A stretch of DNA of 63,994 nucleotides, the filler included, from Jimgerdemannia flammicorona (taxonomy: Eukaryota), in assembly GCA_003990765.1 (NCBI GenBank). It is 3 parts of 3 records of this genome, joined end to end, with 100 filler letters (N's around TTAATTAATTAA, not from the genome) between each part and the next. Parts side by side here need not be neighbours in the genome. Positions count along the whole stretch, not along the records: positions 21,530 to 42,953 come from RBNJ01001457.1; 2 more parts are not named here. The stretch is one strand, 5' to 3'. The translations under genes and the position numbers were made by a program. Shown piece after piece: positions 25,507 to 37,487 of the stretch. Position 1 is the first letter of the stretch, and every line of letters starts with the position of its first letter. The notes under the pieces were generated by a model. That model was given only the letters and a program-made list of their open reading frames with translations, had not been told where the DNA came from and ran no database searches.

Positions 25507-26535
25507 GACGTAAACCTCCAACAAGAATTGTTTGTACATTGCCAACTTTCTCAAATCTGACTCGAATACCAAACGGTCTTAGCTATCATGCATGGCATGT
25601 TTATTTATACTTATCTGGCAGCCCATTCCTTATTGTTAGCTACACCATTTCTCCAATTATTTCACCTTGAAATTTGGTAAATAAAAGTTGCATTTAATAT
25701 ATTTTTAATGAGCAGTCAAAAGTTATTGAATGTAAGCTCGAGAAAAGAACTACGAAAAAAAGGCCACTTCTCATGACAGTAGATTTTCTATGCAAATCCG
25801 GTACTGTAATACTCGATGAAATTCGAGGGTACAACGTCACTATCATAGTCTCTAAAGTCTGTCGAAGGTTTACAACTAGCCTCCGTCCCTGGGTTCCAAA
25901 GCTAGTTTCGTGGAACCCAAAAGTCTGGCCACGTGGCTTTCACATGGTAATAAGCGCAATGATACCAACGCCGCTTGAGCAGTATTCACCTCGATGTAAA
26001 CCAAGTCGACATAGACCAATGAAGATTTTGAATGCCTGACATTTGCTTTTGTGATAATTTAGAAATAGTTTAGGCGAGGAGCAAAGCTCAGACTGCCGAA
26101 CATTTATTAGTAGCATCGCTATAACGGTAAAGCTTGTTGGCGTAGTTTAATTTTGACATAAAGGCTTGATCGTGAACATGCATATAGCATAAACATATGT
26201 GACATACAACATAGGTATGAACGATGTATATAAGCCGGAGTTTGGTAAGATACAAAAGATAAAGAATCAACTATATGCGTGTAAGCGAGTTTCATGAGTG
26301 ATGTTATCAATAATTGGATTAGAATTTGCTCGAGCATAAGTTTAGGACAATAAATGAAGACAAATTTATATGTGAGGAGGAGAAGTATAACGTTTGTATT
26401 GTACATTGACTCAAATATTGAACACATGTAATATGAAGCTAGTTTTCTCAATAAACGTTATGGCTAATAACAGTAATTAGAGTCCTGTATCACGACAGGA
26501 CGCGGTTTCTTGGTCTTGCAGGCGGCTGATATAGA

Positions 26536-27747
26536 TTAGTTCTGTGAGGTCGATGTTGGTATTGGTGTCGTTGCAGTCTCGCAAGTTGAGATGAGTTCTT
26601 TGCGATAATATGAGTTACGCCAGTCGTTTGAATCGATATCATAGATCTTCTGGATGCCACCATTCTCCATTAGATATTGCCGGTAGCGGTTGACTCCATG
26701 GCGCCTTTGGCTACTGCTACCGAGCTGTATGATAATGCCATAAAGCTGCTCGAGAGCCCTCCATCCGATATTCTCATCTGAATTGGACAGATTGTTGCAC
26801 AAACTATCGATGACGGTAGGATAAGTACTGTCTCCGAAACAAGTCCTGTCATATTTTTCGCAAGAAGCACATGGGACGCCCCCAGAACATCGGTTGCCTT
26901 CAATCTTGCACCAACTGCACGCCTTGCCCGGCCCAATTCTTTTCACCTTCTTCAAGGAGACGTGGCGAGGACAGCGCTTCTTCCTACGCGAACAGTCCGA
27001 GCATTGCTTGTATTTCACAGTTGGTGTTGCAATGGAAGGTGTAATCGATGTGTGTGTCGCATCAATTTTTAGGTAAGGTGCCGAAAGAGAATTTTCGGTT
27101 ATAATGGTTGGCGATGGACTTTGTGTAACTTCGTCGACTTGATAGGCCAGCCAAGGCGTAGCAGTATGAATGTTTTCGCCGAATATGCTGGAATTGAGGA
27201 ATGATTGGAGATCATCCTCTACGCTCGCTTCGTCGACTTGACAGGTCATCCAAGGCATAGTAGTATAAAGGTCTTCGCCAAATATACTGAAGTTGAGATG
27301 ATCCTCTGTGACTGCTTCCGTGATTGTGTCGCTGATATTGGGATCTCCGTGGTAATGTTGATTTAATATATCCATTTCACTGCGAGTAACGCTGTGGCCT
27401 ATGTCGAGTTCATCTTTGCCGAAGAAATTGGGATCTCCGTGGTGGTATTCCTCACCGAGTGCGCTTATTGAGAAGCTGATGTTGATATCAGGGTCAAGGT
27501 TAAGTTGGAGAGGTTCAGCGATGTTGTCACGTATGCCGAAACGCGAGTCAATTTTATATTTTTCGAATTTGTCGAAGTCGAAGTATATGTTGTGGTCCTC
27601 TTCATCCAGGATGCTGGGATCTAGCTCGAAGTCCGATTGGTCTTGCTGAATGTGAGTCGCGTCGCTAGCATGGCACGCGTAGCAAAAAAAAGCTGGACGC
27701 ATCTGACAGGTGCAGGGGAGGCAGGTGGTGTTATAATTTGAAGTCAT
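26536..27747 (-). CDS. Zn(II)2Cys6 protein with acidic repeats, CxxCx6CxxH half-cluster and importin-alpha-like ARM tail, copy 2 (intact, intronless)
   Basis: Open frame with 'CSWCKIEGNRCSGGVPCASCEKYDRTC' (C-2-C-6-C-5-C-2-C-6-C). ATG at 27747 lies downstream of a minus-strand TATAAAA at ~27824-27830. Confidence 0.85.
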   Translation of the reverse strand: MTSNYNTTCLPCTCQMRPAFFCYACHASDATHIQQDQSDFELDPSILDEEDHNIYFDFDKFEKYKIDSRFGIRDNIAEPLQLNLDPDINISFSISALGEEYHHGDPNFFGKDELDIGHSVTRSEMDILNQHYHGDPNISDTITEAVTEDHLNFSIFGEDLYTTMPWMTCQVDEASVEDDLQSFLNSSIFGENIHTATPWLAYQVDEVTQSPSPTIITENSLSAPYLKIDATHTSITPSIATPTVKYKQCSDCSRRKKRCPRHVSLKKVKRIGPGKACSWCKIEGNRCSGGVPCASCEKYDRTCFGDSTYPTVIDSLCNNLSNSDENIGWRALEQLYGIIIQLGSSSQRRHGVNRYRQYLMENGGIQKIYDIDSNDWRNSYYRKELISTCETATTPIPTSTSQN

Positions 27748-29149
27748 TGTTTTGATAGAGGGATAAAGTGGAGGAAGGGTATGTTTTTGGTGAAGTTGCA
27801 AGTCTTAGACTTAGACGCCGACGTTTTATAGGCCTGATTTCTGAAGAAGCGGAAACGGGCCCGGTTTTGACTTGTTACACAGGCACAGGAACTCCGAACA
27901 CGAGAGCAGGTAAGTTGGTCAATTGCAATTAATGCAATTGAAGTGACTGCCTTTTTCACATTTCTGTGACCTGTCTGTTGCCTTCCGGTGCTGTGGTTGC
28001 TGTGATAGCACATCACATGGCACAACAATAAGGGCTGCGGTTTGGGAGTGTCAAAACTAGCGTGTCCGTACAGATAGATCGCTGAGGAGAGGAACCATTA
28101 CATGAACTTGAAGTGGGAAATAACCTGAAGTATATCCATAGAATGAAATCTCGTGTTTGTTCCATTGCTATAAAGTACCTTTGTTCGCAAGTAGCAAGTA
28201 GTATATACGCAGCTTACTGCAATGAGGCACAACGTCATGGCGCTATAGGCTTTAAGATCCGCGTGTGACTGGTAACAACAGTGAAATCTGATTTTGTTAC
28301 TTTGCGGAGATGAATGTTTTTCCTAGTTACTATTACAATGTACACTTCCCTTCGATATGCGAGGCACATGACTGTCACACAAGGTAGAAAAACGTCAATA
28401 GAAGCTTGCGAGGAGCTTTATGTAGAGGTTTGGATGCCAAAGTTTTGATTTATTTTCTCCGAGTTTGGCTCAGCGGGAACGTGATCAGGCTCGTACCGTA
28501 ATGCTGTGGGCGATTAGATGGCAAACATTGGCCTCCGCATGTCGCTTTGTTTCGTTTATTCTCCACATTAAAAATGCGCGATGTTTCGAACAGATATGTT
28601 GTGGAAGTTTGAACTATCTTTTTTCGATTCGAAATGTAGGACCACAACAACAAAAAATGATGATGACCGTTGCGTTACTGTCGAAAGTTATACAAAAATA
28701 AAATAAATAAATTAAAGTAAGAATACAGGGTGGGAAGAGGGAAAGAGGGAAGTTACATTTATACATAAGGCATGCAATACTACATTGTTGCTATTCTTAA
28801 CACCAGCGATCGCAACGTTCTGAATGGCTGTTCATTTTGTGCTTGCGGCATATTGACACAGAGCTCGCCGAACGGTCTACCACAAATGCCGAAAAGAATA
28901 GGTCTGATGAAGAAAGCCATGGAGACTTTGCAATATAATCTAGACTTTATAACCTCTGTCCTGTCCCAAGCATCGACATGTTGGAAACAATTCAAACTCG
29001 CAATACCACTGTCAAGAACTTTAACTCTGGTGATATGTCTTGTTGGAAGTCAAGGTTAGATTCTGATCGCTGCATTCTCAACATCGACACCGAAAGATTC
29101 TAAAACTCAACAAAATGCCATACTGCCTTACAATGGTGCTGAGAGAACA

Positions 29150-29530
29150 TGGATCCACTGTAGACTGAATAAGCAAACGTGGGCTGGAGTGGACGAGCGA
29201 ACATGGACTGGAGAATATGGACTGGACAATCGAACGGGACCAAACGAGCAAATGTGAACAGACGAACTTGGATTGAAAAATGGATTGCCGAACGTGGACT
29301 GCCGGACAACTGCGAACTGGAAAATGACCTGCCGAGAAAACTTGGACTGGACGAGAAAACATGAACTGTACGAACAAAAACCACAGTTTCGATGGTGACA
29401 TCACAGTTTTGATGACATCACAGTTTCGATGTGACATCACAGTTTTGATGACATCACAGTTTCGATGTGACATCACAGTTTTGATGGTGACATCAGTTTC
29501 GATGGTGTGTTCTTGATGATGACGTCACAG
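29150..29530. repeat. Degenerate TGGACTG-rich repeats followed by 16-19-bp GATG(GT)GACATCACAGTTT(C/T) tandem repeats; probable non-autonomous TE remnant
   Basis: About seven units visible at 29385-29510; repeated GAACATGGACTGG-type words at 29145-29370. Confidence 0.75.
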
Positions 29531-30357
29531 TCCGATCAATCGAAAACATGTCGCCCGTCCGACTAAGCCTCCGTTGTTACACAAAACGTTGCCAAGTCGC
29601 GAGATAGACTTCTCAAATTGCTCGTCTATCTCTGTATAATCCCAGCCATACACATAATTAAGTGGTTAAAGTTGAAGTCGAGCGTAAGCTCGAGAAAGAG
29701 AATGAAAGAAATTAAGAGAAGTGTTCAAGGTCACACTTAGATGTCACGGCTCGCGAGACAGCAGATTTCTAGCAATCCTATAACCAGGAAAATTCGAGCA
29801 GGCGACTGGTATACCGTACAGTAGCGTAGCTCTCAGAGTCCAGAATCTTTCAACTTTTAAACGTTTGTCGAAGGTTTAAAACCAGACTCTGTAACATGGT
29901 AATAAGCGCAAAGTAACTACGTCGCTTGAGAAGTATTCATCTCGGTGCAACATTTTCAAAGCCGAGTTGACAAACGTCTAATACATAGTCAAGCAGTCGT
30001 GACATCTAAAGGCATAGTTTATTTTGACGTAAGACATGAAGTATTAGTGACCGATAGCATATACATATGACATAAAGATGAACGAAGCATATAAGCCGGA
30101 GTTCGAGAAGAAATAAGGTGACAAAGAATCGACTATATGCGTGTAACCGCGTTTCATGGTAATGTTATCAAATAATTGGATTCTGCTCAATGAATTAACA
30201 GGACAAATTATGTATCAGGGAGGAGGTATATTACATTTGTAATTGTACGTCAATTCAGTATTGAAACATGTGTAATAAAAAGCCGGTTCTCTCAATAAAC
30301 ATTATTCTGTATCACGATAGGACGCGTTTTCTTGGTCTTGCAGGTGGCTGATATTTC

Positions 30358-31626
30358 TTAGTTCTGTTGGGACATTGAGGCCGAGGTTGGAGTCGGTGTC
30401 GTTGCAGTCTCGAAAGTTGAGATGAGACTTCCACGGTAATATGAACCGTTTGGGCAATTTACATCATAGATCTTCTGGATACCACCGTTCTCCATTAGAT
30501 ATTTCCGGTAGCGGTCGACTCCATGGCGCTTTTCGTCGTGGTCAAGAATTATGACAATGTAATAAAGTTGCTCGAGAGCCTTCCACGCGATCTTCTCATC
30601 AGAATCGGACAGATTATTGCACAAAGCATCGATAACGGTAGGATAGTTACCGTTTCCGATACAAGCCCTCTCGTATACTTTGCAGCTAATACACGGGATG
30701 CCCCCAAGACATCGCTTGTATTCCATCTTGCACCAGCTGCACGCCTTGTTCGATCCGACTCTTTTCACTTTCTTTAAGGAGACGTGGAGACGACAGCGCC
30801 TCTTCCTACGCGAACAGTCCGGGCATTGCTTGTATTTTACGGGCGGTGTCGCGATAGAAGGTGTAGTCGATATTTGCGTCGCACCAATTTTAGGCGAAGG
30901 TACCGGAAGAGCATTTTCGGTTATGATAGTTGACGATTGACTTTGTGGAATCTTATCGACTTGACAGGCAATCCAAGGCATAGCAGTATGAAAGTCTTTG
31001 CCGAATATGCTGTGGTTGAGGAATGATTGAAGGTCATCCTCCACAGTTGCTTTGTCGAATTGACAGGACATCAGGGGAGTAGCAACATGAACGTCTTCGT
31101 CGAATATGCTGGAGTTGAGGAATGCTCGGAGGTCATCCTCCATGCTTGCATCGTCGACTTGACAAGCCATCCAAGGCATAGAATTATGAAGGTCTTCGCC
31201 GAATATACTGGAGTTGAGATCACACTCTGTGTCTGATTCTCCAAATGTACTAAAGTTGAAAAATGATTGGAGGTCACCCTCCGTGATTGTGTCGCTGACA
31301 TTGGGATCTCCTTGGTGGTATTCCTCACCGGGGGCGCTTAGTGAGAAATCGATGTTGAGATCAGAGTCGAGGTTGATTGGAAGAGATTCGGCGATGCTTC
31401 CACTGGGTATGTCGAAATTCGAACCGATTTTGCCTTTGTTGAAATTTTCGAAGTCGAAGTACGTGTTGAGGTCCCCTTCGACAACGTTTATGCTGCTGTC
31501 ATTGAGGATGTCATAAATTTCACCGCCCAGGGCGCTGTAATCCAGAGTTGCGTCGCTAGCATAGCACTCCGGTTGCGATTCGAGTTGGGCTTGGAGGGCC
31601 TCACAGTTAAAAAAGCCTGAACCCAT
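30358..31626 (-). CDS. Zn2Cys6/ARM-tail family copy 3 (intact ORF, 422 aa)
   Basis: 'CPDCSRRKRRCRLH', 'CSWCKMEYKRCLGGIPCISCKVYERAC', three acidic 'SSIFGED..MPW.ACQVD' repeats, and the ARM-like tail 'LMENGGIQKIY'. Confidence 0.85.
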   Translation of the reverse strand: MGSGFFNCEALQAQLESQPECYASDATLDYSALGGEIYDILNDSSINVVEGDLNTYFDFENFNKGKIGSNFDIPSGSIAESLPINLDSDLNIDFSLSAPGEEYHQGDPNVSDTITEGDLQSFFNFSTFGESDTECDLNSSIFGEDLHNSMPWMACQVDDASMEDDLRAFLNSSIFDEDVHVATPLMSCQFDKATVEDDLQSFLNHSIFGKDFHTAMPWIACQVDKIPQSQSSTIITENALPVPSPKIGATQISTTPSIATPPVKYKQCPDCSRRKRRCRLHVSLKKVKRVGSNKACSWCKMEYKRCLGGIPCISCKVYERACIGNGNYPTVIDALCNNLSDSDEKIAWKALEQLYYIVIILDHDEKRHGVDRYRKYLMENGGIQKIYDVNCPNGSYYRGSLISTFETATTPTPTSASMSQQN

Positions 31627-32102
31627 TGGACTGGTATAAATAATGCAGGAGGTGTTGGAATGGGGGTTTTGATAGAAGGATCAAGCGGAAGAAAGGTAGT
31701 AGAGGAAAGGTATGATATTTGTGATATTTGTGGGCGAGACTTTATAGTGTAAAGTGGCATTTGAAAAAGGCAATCCATTGTTACACAAACGCGGAATTTC
31801 TGGCGGTTGACGGTTTTGGCATAAATTTTCGTTACCCGAGACTCCAGACGCTTATTACTATTTGGAGCCACGTGGCCAGACTTTTTGAAACCCTCGAATT
31901 TCCTCGATATCCCCATCGAACACAGTATTATTATCGGATTTGCATAGAAAGCTACTGAGTGTCGTGAGCCACTGTACATCAACTTAAGTATTGAAAAACA
32001 CGTAACAAGCTGGTTTCCTCAACAAACGTTATAGCTAATAACGGCAGTTGCAATTCTATTGACAGGAGGCGTTTCCTTGGTCTTGCATGTGGCTGATATC
32101 GC

Positions 32103-33150
32103 TTAGTTCTGTATCGACATTGAGGTCGAGGTTGGAGTTGATGTCGTTGCAGTCTCGCAAGTTGAGATGAGTCTGCTGCGATAATATGAGTGAAGCCAGT
32201 CGATCGGACTATTAATATCACGGATCTCCTGCTCCATTAGATATTTCTGGTAGCGGTCGACTTCATGGCACCTTTTGCCACAGAGCTTCGTGATAATATG
32301 ATAAAGCTGCCTGTGAGCCTTCCACGCGATCTTATCATCTGAATCGGACAGATTATTGCACAAACTATCGATGACGGTAGGATAGGTATATACTGTCTCC
32401 GAGACAGCCCTGTCACGTTTTTTGCAACTAGCACACGGGACACCTCCAAAACATCGCTTGGCTTCCTTCTTGCACCAACTGCACGCTTTGCCCAGCCCAA
32501 CTCTTTTCACTTTCTTCAAGGAGACGTGACGAGAACAGCGCTTCTTCCTACTCGAACAGTCCGGTCATTGCTTGTATTATTACAGGCGCGATGTTTGCGT
32601 CACATCAATTTTACGAGAGGGTGCTGAAAGAAAATTTTCGGTTGTGATAGTTGGTGATCGACTTTGTGTAACTTTGTTCGACTTGACAGGCGTAGCAGCA
32701 TGAAGGTTTTTGCTGAGTTGGAAATCTCCGTGTTAGTGTCGATTGAATCCCTCCAAATCAAGCTGTCGTCGAGTATGTCGAAATGAGAGTCGGGTATATC
32801 TTTGTCGATGTCCATGTGAAGTTGTTCGCTGAATAATTGGATGAAATTGGGATCTCCGTGACGGTATAGGTTGTATTCCTCGCTGAGTGAGAAGTCAAAG
32901 TAGAGGTTAACTTGGAGAGGTTCAGTGTTATCATTGAGTATATCGAAACGCGAGTCGATTTCGAATTTGTCGAAGAATGTGTTGGAATCTAGGATGCTGG
33001 GATTTAGATCGAAGTTGGATTGACCTTGCTGTATATGAGTTGTGTTGCTATCATGGCATTCCGGTAGCTGAGCTTGGAGGGTGGAAAAAATTTAGACGCA
33101 TCGGATTAATGCAGAGGAGGCAGGAGGTGTTGGAATTGGGTTTGATAGAT
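32103..33150 (-). pseudogene. Zn2Cys6/ARM-tail family copy 4 (frameshifts and deletions)
   Basis: 3' ORF 32103-32519 with a complete cluster; upstream fragments (32600-32815) closely match copy 5. Confidence 0.85.
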
Positions 33151-33646
33151 CAAGGTGTGAGATTTGACTAGACGCAGACGCTTTGGCCGAATTTCGTCGT
33201 CCGTAGCTGGGGTCGCGATGGAGGTGCTACATCCAACGAAACGGAGGAGCTACACCCAAATGAGGAAAAAGAGGGGGGGCACTCTGAGTCTATCTCGCGA
33301 CTTAGCGGCGTTTGTGTAACAACGGAGGCTTAGTCGGTGACTGCAGTTTCTGTGTGTTTTTATATCCCCAACTGAAGTAAGGACAACCGGTCAACTTCCC
33401 GCTTATTTAGCAGTTTCATCAATTCACATGGTAGGTCTCGTTAAAGAAAACGGCACATACTCTTGGTGGCCCGCCACATTTATTGAAGAGAAGATAAAAA
33501 AACTCGTATCTTTTCCGTTTGCTGGCAATTTCAAACACCCAAACCTCATGCCTCCCTAGCATACTCCTGCAGGGCGCCCAAGATTTAAAGAATCGAGAAG
33601 AAAAACGACCATGACGCAAGAATACACCCCACCTAATCATGTAGGC

Positions 33647-34836
33647 ATGCACCTGAAGACGGGCAGCGACAACAATGCCAACATTTTAACGGTGACGGCG
33701 ACGTCCACCTCCATCAACTCGCATCTGAACCTCAGTAACAGCAATGATCACGACACGGCGAACCCCATACGCACCCGCAACCTCCTCGAATGATACCGCC
33801 CCCTCACTCCGACTCCTCCCATCTAATCCCATTGACGTCGCTCTGCGAGGACAGGACTATCTCGCAATTCGCATTGGAGCCGAAGAAGCTCGGGAAGCTG
33901 CGGGGGTGAAGCCCTAGCACAAGGTGATCGTTTCCTGGCTCGGCAGGATCGGGTTCACCGCCAAGTGTATTGTGTCGACCTCATGGGCGGCATGACATGC
34001 GCGTCTGCGAATAGGCTCAATTTTCCAGCGTCAGGTAAGCGTGGTGCTTTGGGCTACCGTGCAAAGTGACGAGGTGCCGAGTAATAATGTCTTATTGGCT
34101 TCGTTACCCATGGGTATTCACAGGCATATTCATCGATCGGAACGCCTTTGCTTGTAGTTATGTTCGTCTGTGTACTCTTCCATGCCTTATGGCGACTGTG
34201 AGTTCTAATCGTCTTTTAAACAGAGTACATCTTCCGCGGTAACCCATTCTTACCAACCCACTTTTTCTCTCTTCGTCAGTGACTGCGTCTACATGGCCTA
34301 TCTCTACTGCATTGTCAAGTTAGTCCCCATGGCGCGCCAAAGCCGCACAGAAGCCGGCAGTCCGGGCTGCTTCCGTCCTGTTGGCACGATTCGGTTTATG
34401 TCATACGGGGCTAGTCCCATTCGGTGTAGCCTTCTGCATTGCAGCTAATCAACGCGCTGACGGTGAGGTGGCACCGTGACCTGCGCGTTAGGCATTCGCA
34501 TCTGATGATAAGTACGGCGTCTACACGTTAGGCCAACGCCAGGTTCCTCGCGCGCGCGGGGATGTTCCTATTCGTAGCGGTGCTCACGTTCCGCGTACAA
34601 ATACTTCCCAACGCCGCCTCCGAGCAGGGAGCAAGATGAGAGTAGAGAAGGGGCGAGAAACACGGGCATGTGGAGGAAGATGACGAAGTGGGCCGGGCAT
34701 ATACGGATCAGCCAAAGTCGCCGTTTGAGATTGAAAAGCACAAGAAGTATATGGAAAAGGTGGAGAGTGAAAGGAGGGATAAAGTGGAAAATGTCCAGGG
34801 ATTAAGTGCTCGATCGCGTGAGGATAACGAGAAGTA
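33647..34836 (+). pseudogene. DUF1206-like gene copy B
   Basis: Colinear nucleotide similarity to 23914-25506, with stops, frameshifts and internal deletions. Confidence 0.75.
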
Positions 34837-35759
34837 AACCTCCAACAAGGATTGGCTGCGTGATGTGCATACTTTACCGACTTTCCCAGATCTGACTTGA
34901 ATACTGAATATTCTTAGCCATTACATGGCATATGCTTATTTATACTTATCTGGCACCCTTCCTTACCGTTAGCTATGCCAGTTCTCCAATTATTCCACCT
35001 TGAAGTTTGGCAAATAAGTTACATTAATATATTTTTAACGAGCGGTTAAAAGTTGAAGTCGAGTATAAAGCTCGAGGAAGCCCACACTTAGTACCAATCC
35101 TATAACAATTAGGGATATCGAAGTACGGTAACTCCTGGGGAGGATTTAAAATTGGCATCGACAGGCTATGATTGTCGAAACTGTAGGATATAAATAGCAT
35201 CATTTTCGCCACTCGCCACTCAACCATCGGCTCGGGACACCTTAAACAAATACAAACAACCGGCCCCTGTGCAACTCTGATTCTATAACCGGTGGCATCC
35301 GCTGTTCCACTCTCCTTGCGGATACCGTGGGACGCGTGTCATTGCAACGTAAACAAATACTCTCATTAGTAATTTTATAACCGGTAGCATCCGCTGTTCT
35401 GTTCTCCTCGCGGAAACAGCTGAACACGTCGAGTCATATCACAAAATTGTGTCCGACATCATACATCAGATGGGAATAAAAGGGCAACGGTAGATCAGGC
35501 AGTCATCCATTACATTTGCTAGTGTGGTATGTAAACAAGTTCTGTTCTTCAGTCGTTACTGCGCAAGCTGCCCCGAGTGGCTAACTTACTATTTAAGGAA
35601 CTTCCGTCATCGGGCCCCAATGAATTCAGCAGTGCATATGACCATAAGATGGTCCGCCACATGATGAAAAGTCTCGCAAATCTTAGTCACGTGTTTGAAT
35701 TTCAGTCTTCCCTGACTCCCATTCCAAACACCCATACCTCAAGCCTCCGATGCCCCTAC

Positions 35760-36591
35760 CCAGCATGTTCATGCTCCAACAGCTCGCGTTTCAATGTGTC
35801 CACCTTCATCGGCTCGCATTCTGATCTCTGTAACAGCAACAATCACGACGCACCCGCAACCTACTTGAATGACACCGCTCCCTCACTCCGACTCCTTCCA
35901 TATGATTCCGTTGACATCGCTCTGCGAGGACAAGATCATCTCGCTCGGGAAGCGACGGGGTCCGGCTCTGGCTCAGGCTCCGTGTCGTACTCGTCCGACT
36001 CCGGTTCTCAACATTTCGGCTTGGGCCACTCGCACATCCAGAGGAACCTGGAGGAGTGAGGCGAATTCGTGCACTCGGCAGGGGTGAAGCCCAAGCACAA
36101 GAAGATTGTCACCTGGCCCGGCGGGCGCGGCATGACACACGCGCCCGCGAACAAGCTCAATTTTCCGGGGACTGCGAACGATAATGGTGCTTTGGGCTAT
36201 CGTGTGAAGTGACGAGAATACATTCCGTGCCGAGATCAATCGTGTCTTATTGGTTTTGTTACTTCCACATATTCACAGGAAGTTTTCATATCAATCGGTG
36301 GCTTTTCGATCGGAATGTCTTTGCTTGTACTCATGTTCATTTCTGTGCCGTATGGCGATTGTGATTCTGTTTGGCTTGTTCGCCATCCAGAATTCCGTGT
36401 ACAGGTACTTCCCAAAGCAGCCGCCCAGCAGGGAGCAAGATGGGAGTAGGGATGGAGGAGGAAGAGACAAGAAAACCAGGCATGATAGCAAAGTAGGCCG
36501 GGTATACGGATCAGCCAAAGTGGCCGTTCGAGATATTCGATTGCGTGGAGATAACGAAAAAAGAGGTGGATGGGGATGGAGGAAGAAGTAA
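35760..36591 (+). pseudogene. DUF1206-like gene copy C (large internal deletion)
   Basis: 'PHSDSFHMIPLTSLCEDK' and 'ILFGLFAIQNSVYRYFPKQPPSREQDGS' match copy A; the central part is missing. Confidence 0.75.
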
Positions 36592-37487
36592 ACTACCAAT
36601 AAGAATTTTTGCCTGCATGATGTGCATACTTTACTGACTTTCCTAATCTGACTCAAATACCGAATAATCTTAGCCATTATATATGGTATTTGCTTATCCA
36701 TACTTATCTGACTTCCGCACCCTTTCTTATTGTTAGTTACGCCATTTCTTCGATTATTTCGGTTTGAAGTTCGACAAATAAAGCTATGTTAATATATTTA
36801 AAAGTTGACATTGGGTGTAAGGAACTACAAACCCATACTTGGTAAGCTTAGACGTCACGGCTCACGACGCTCAGTAAAATTTCTATGCAAATCCGATAAC
36901 AATTAGGAATATCGAGAAGATTCGAGTGTATGGTACAATAGCGTAACTCCCAGAGTCCAGTCTCTAAAGTCTGTCGAAGGTTTAGAACTTCTGGGTTCCG
37001 AGTTTTGTGGGACCTAAAAATTAACCACGTGTGCAACGATAACGACGCCGCTTGAATAGTAGTCACCTCGATGCAAACCAAGTTGACGTAGATTTTGAAT
37101 GCATGGCATTTGCTTTTGTGATAAGTTGGAAATAATTTAGGCAAGCAGAGCTCAGGCTGCCAAACATCTAATAGTAACGCTGCCGCTTGTTAGCATAGTT
37201 TAATCCTGACATATATTTAGCGACCAATAGCATAGACATATGGAAATACGGCACAAAAGTGAACGAAGTATATAAAAGTCGACTATATACATATGTATGC
37301 ATGTTTCATTGCTCGAGCACAAGACGAAATTATGTATCAGGGAGAAGGCATATTACGTTTCTATTGTACGTCAATTCGAATATTGAAACATACATATGTA
37401 ACAATATAGTAAGATGCCGGTTCCCTCAATAAGAGTTATGATTAATAACGACAGGGCGCGTTTCCTTGATCTAAATATCGCCTAGTT

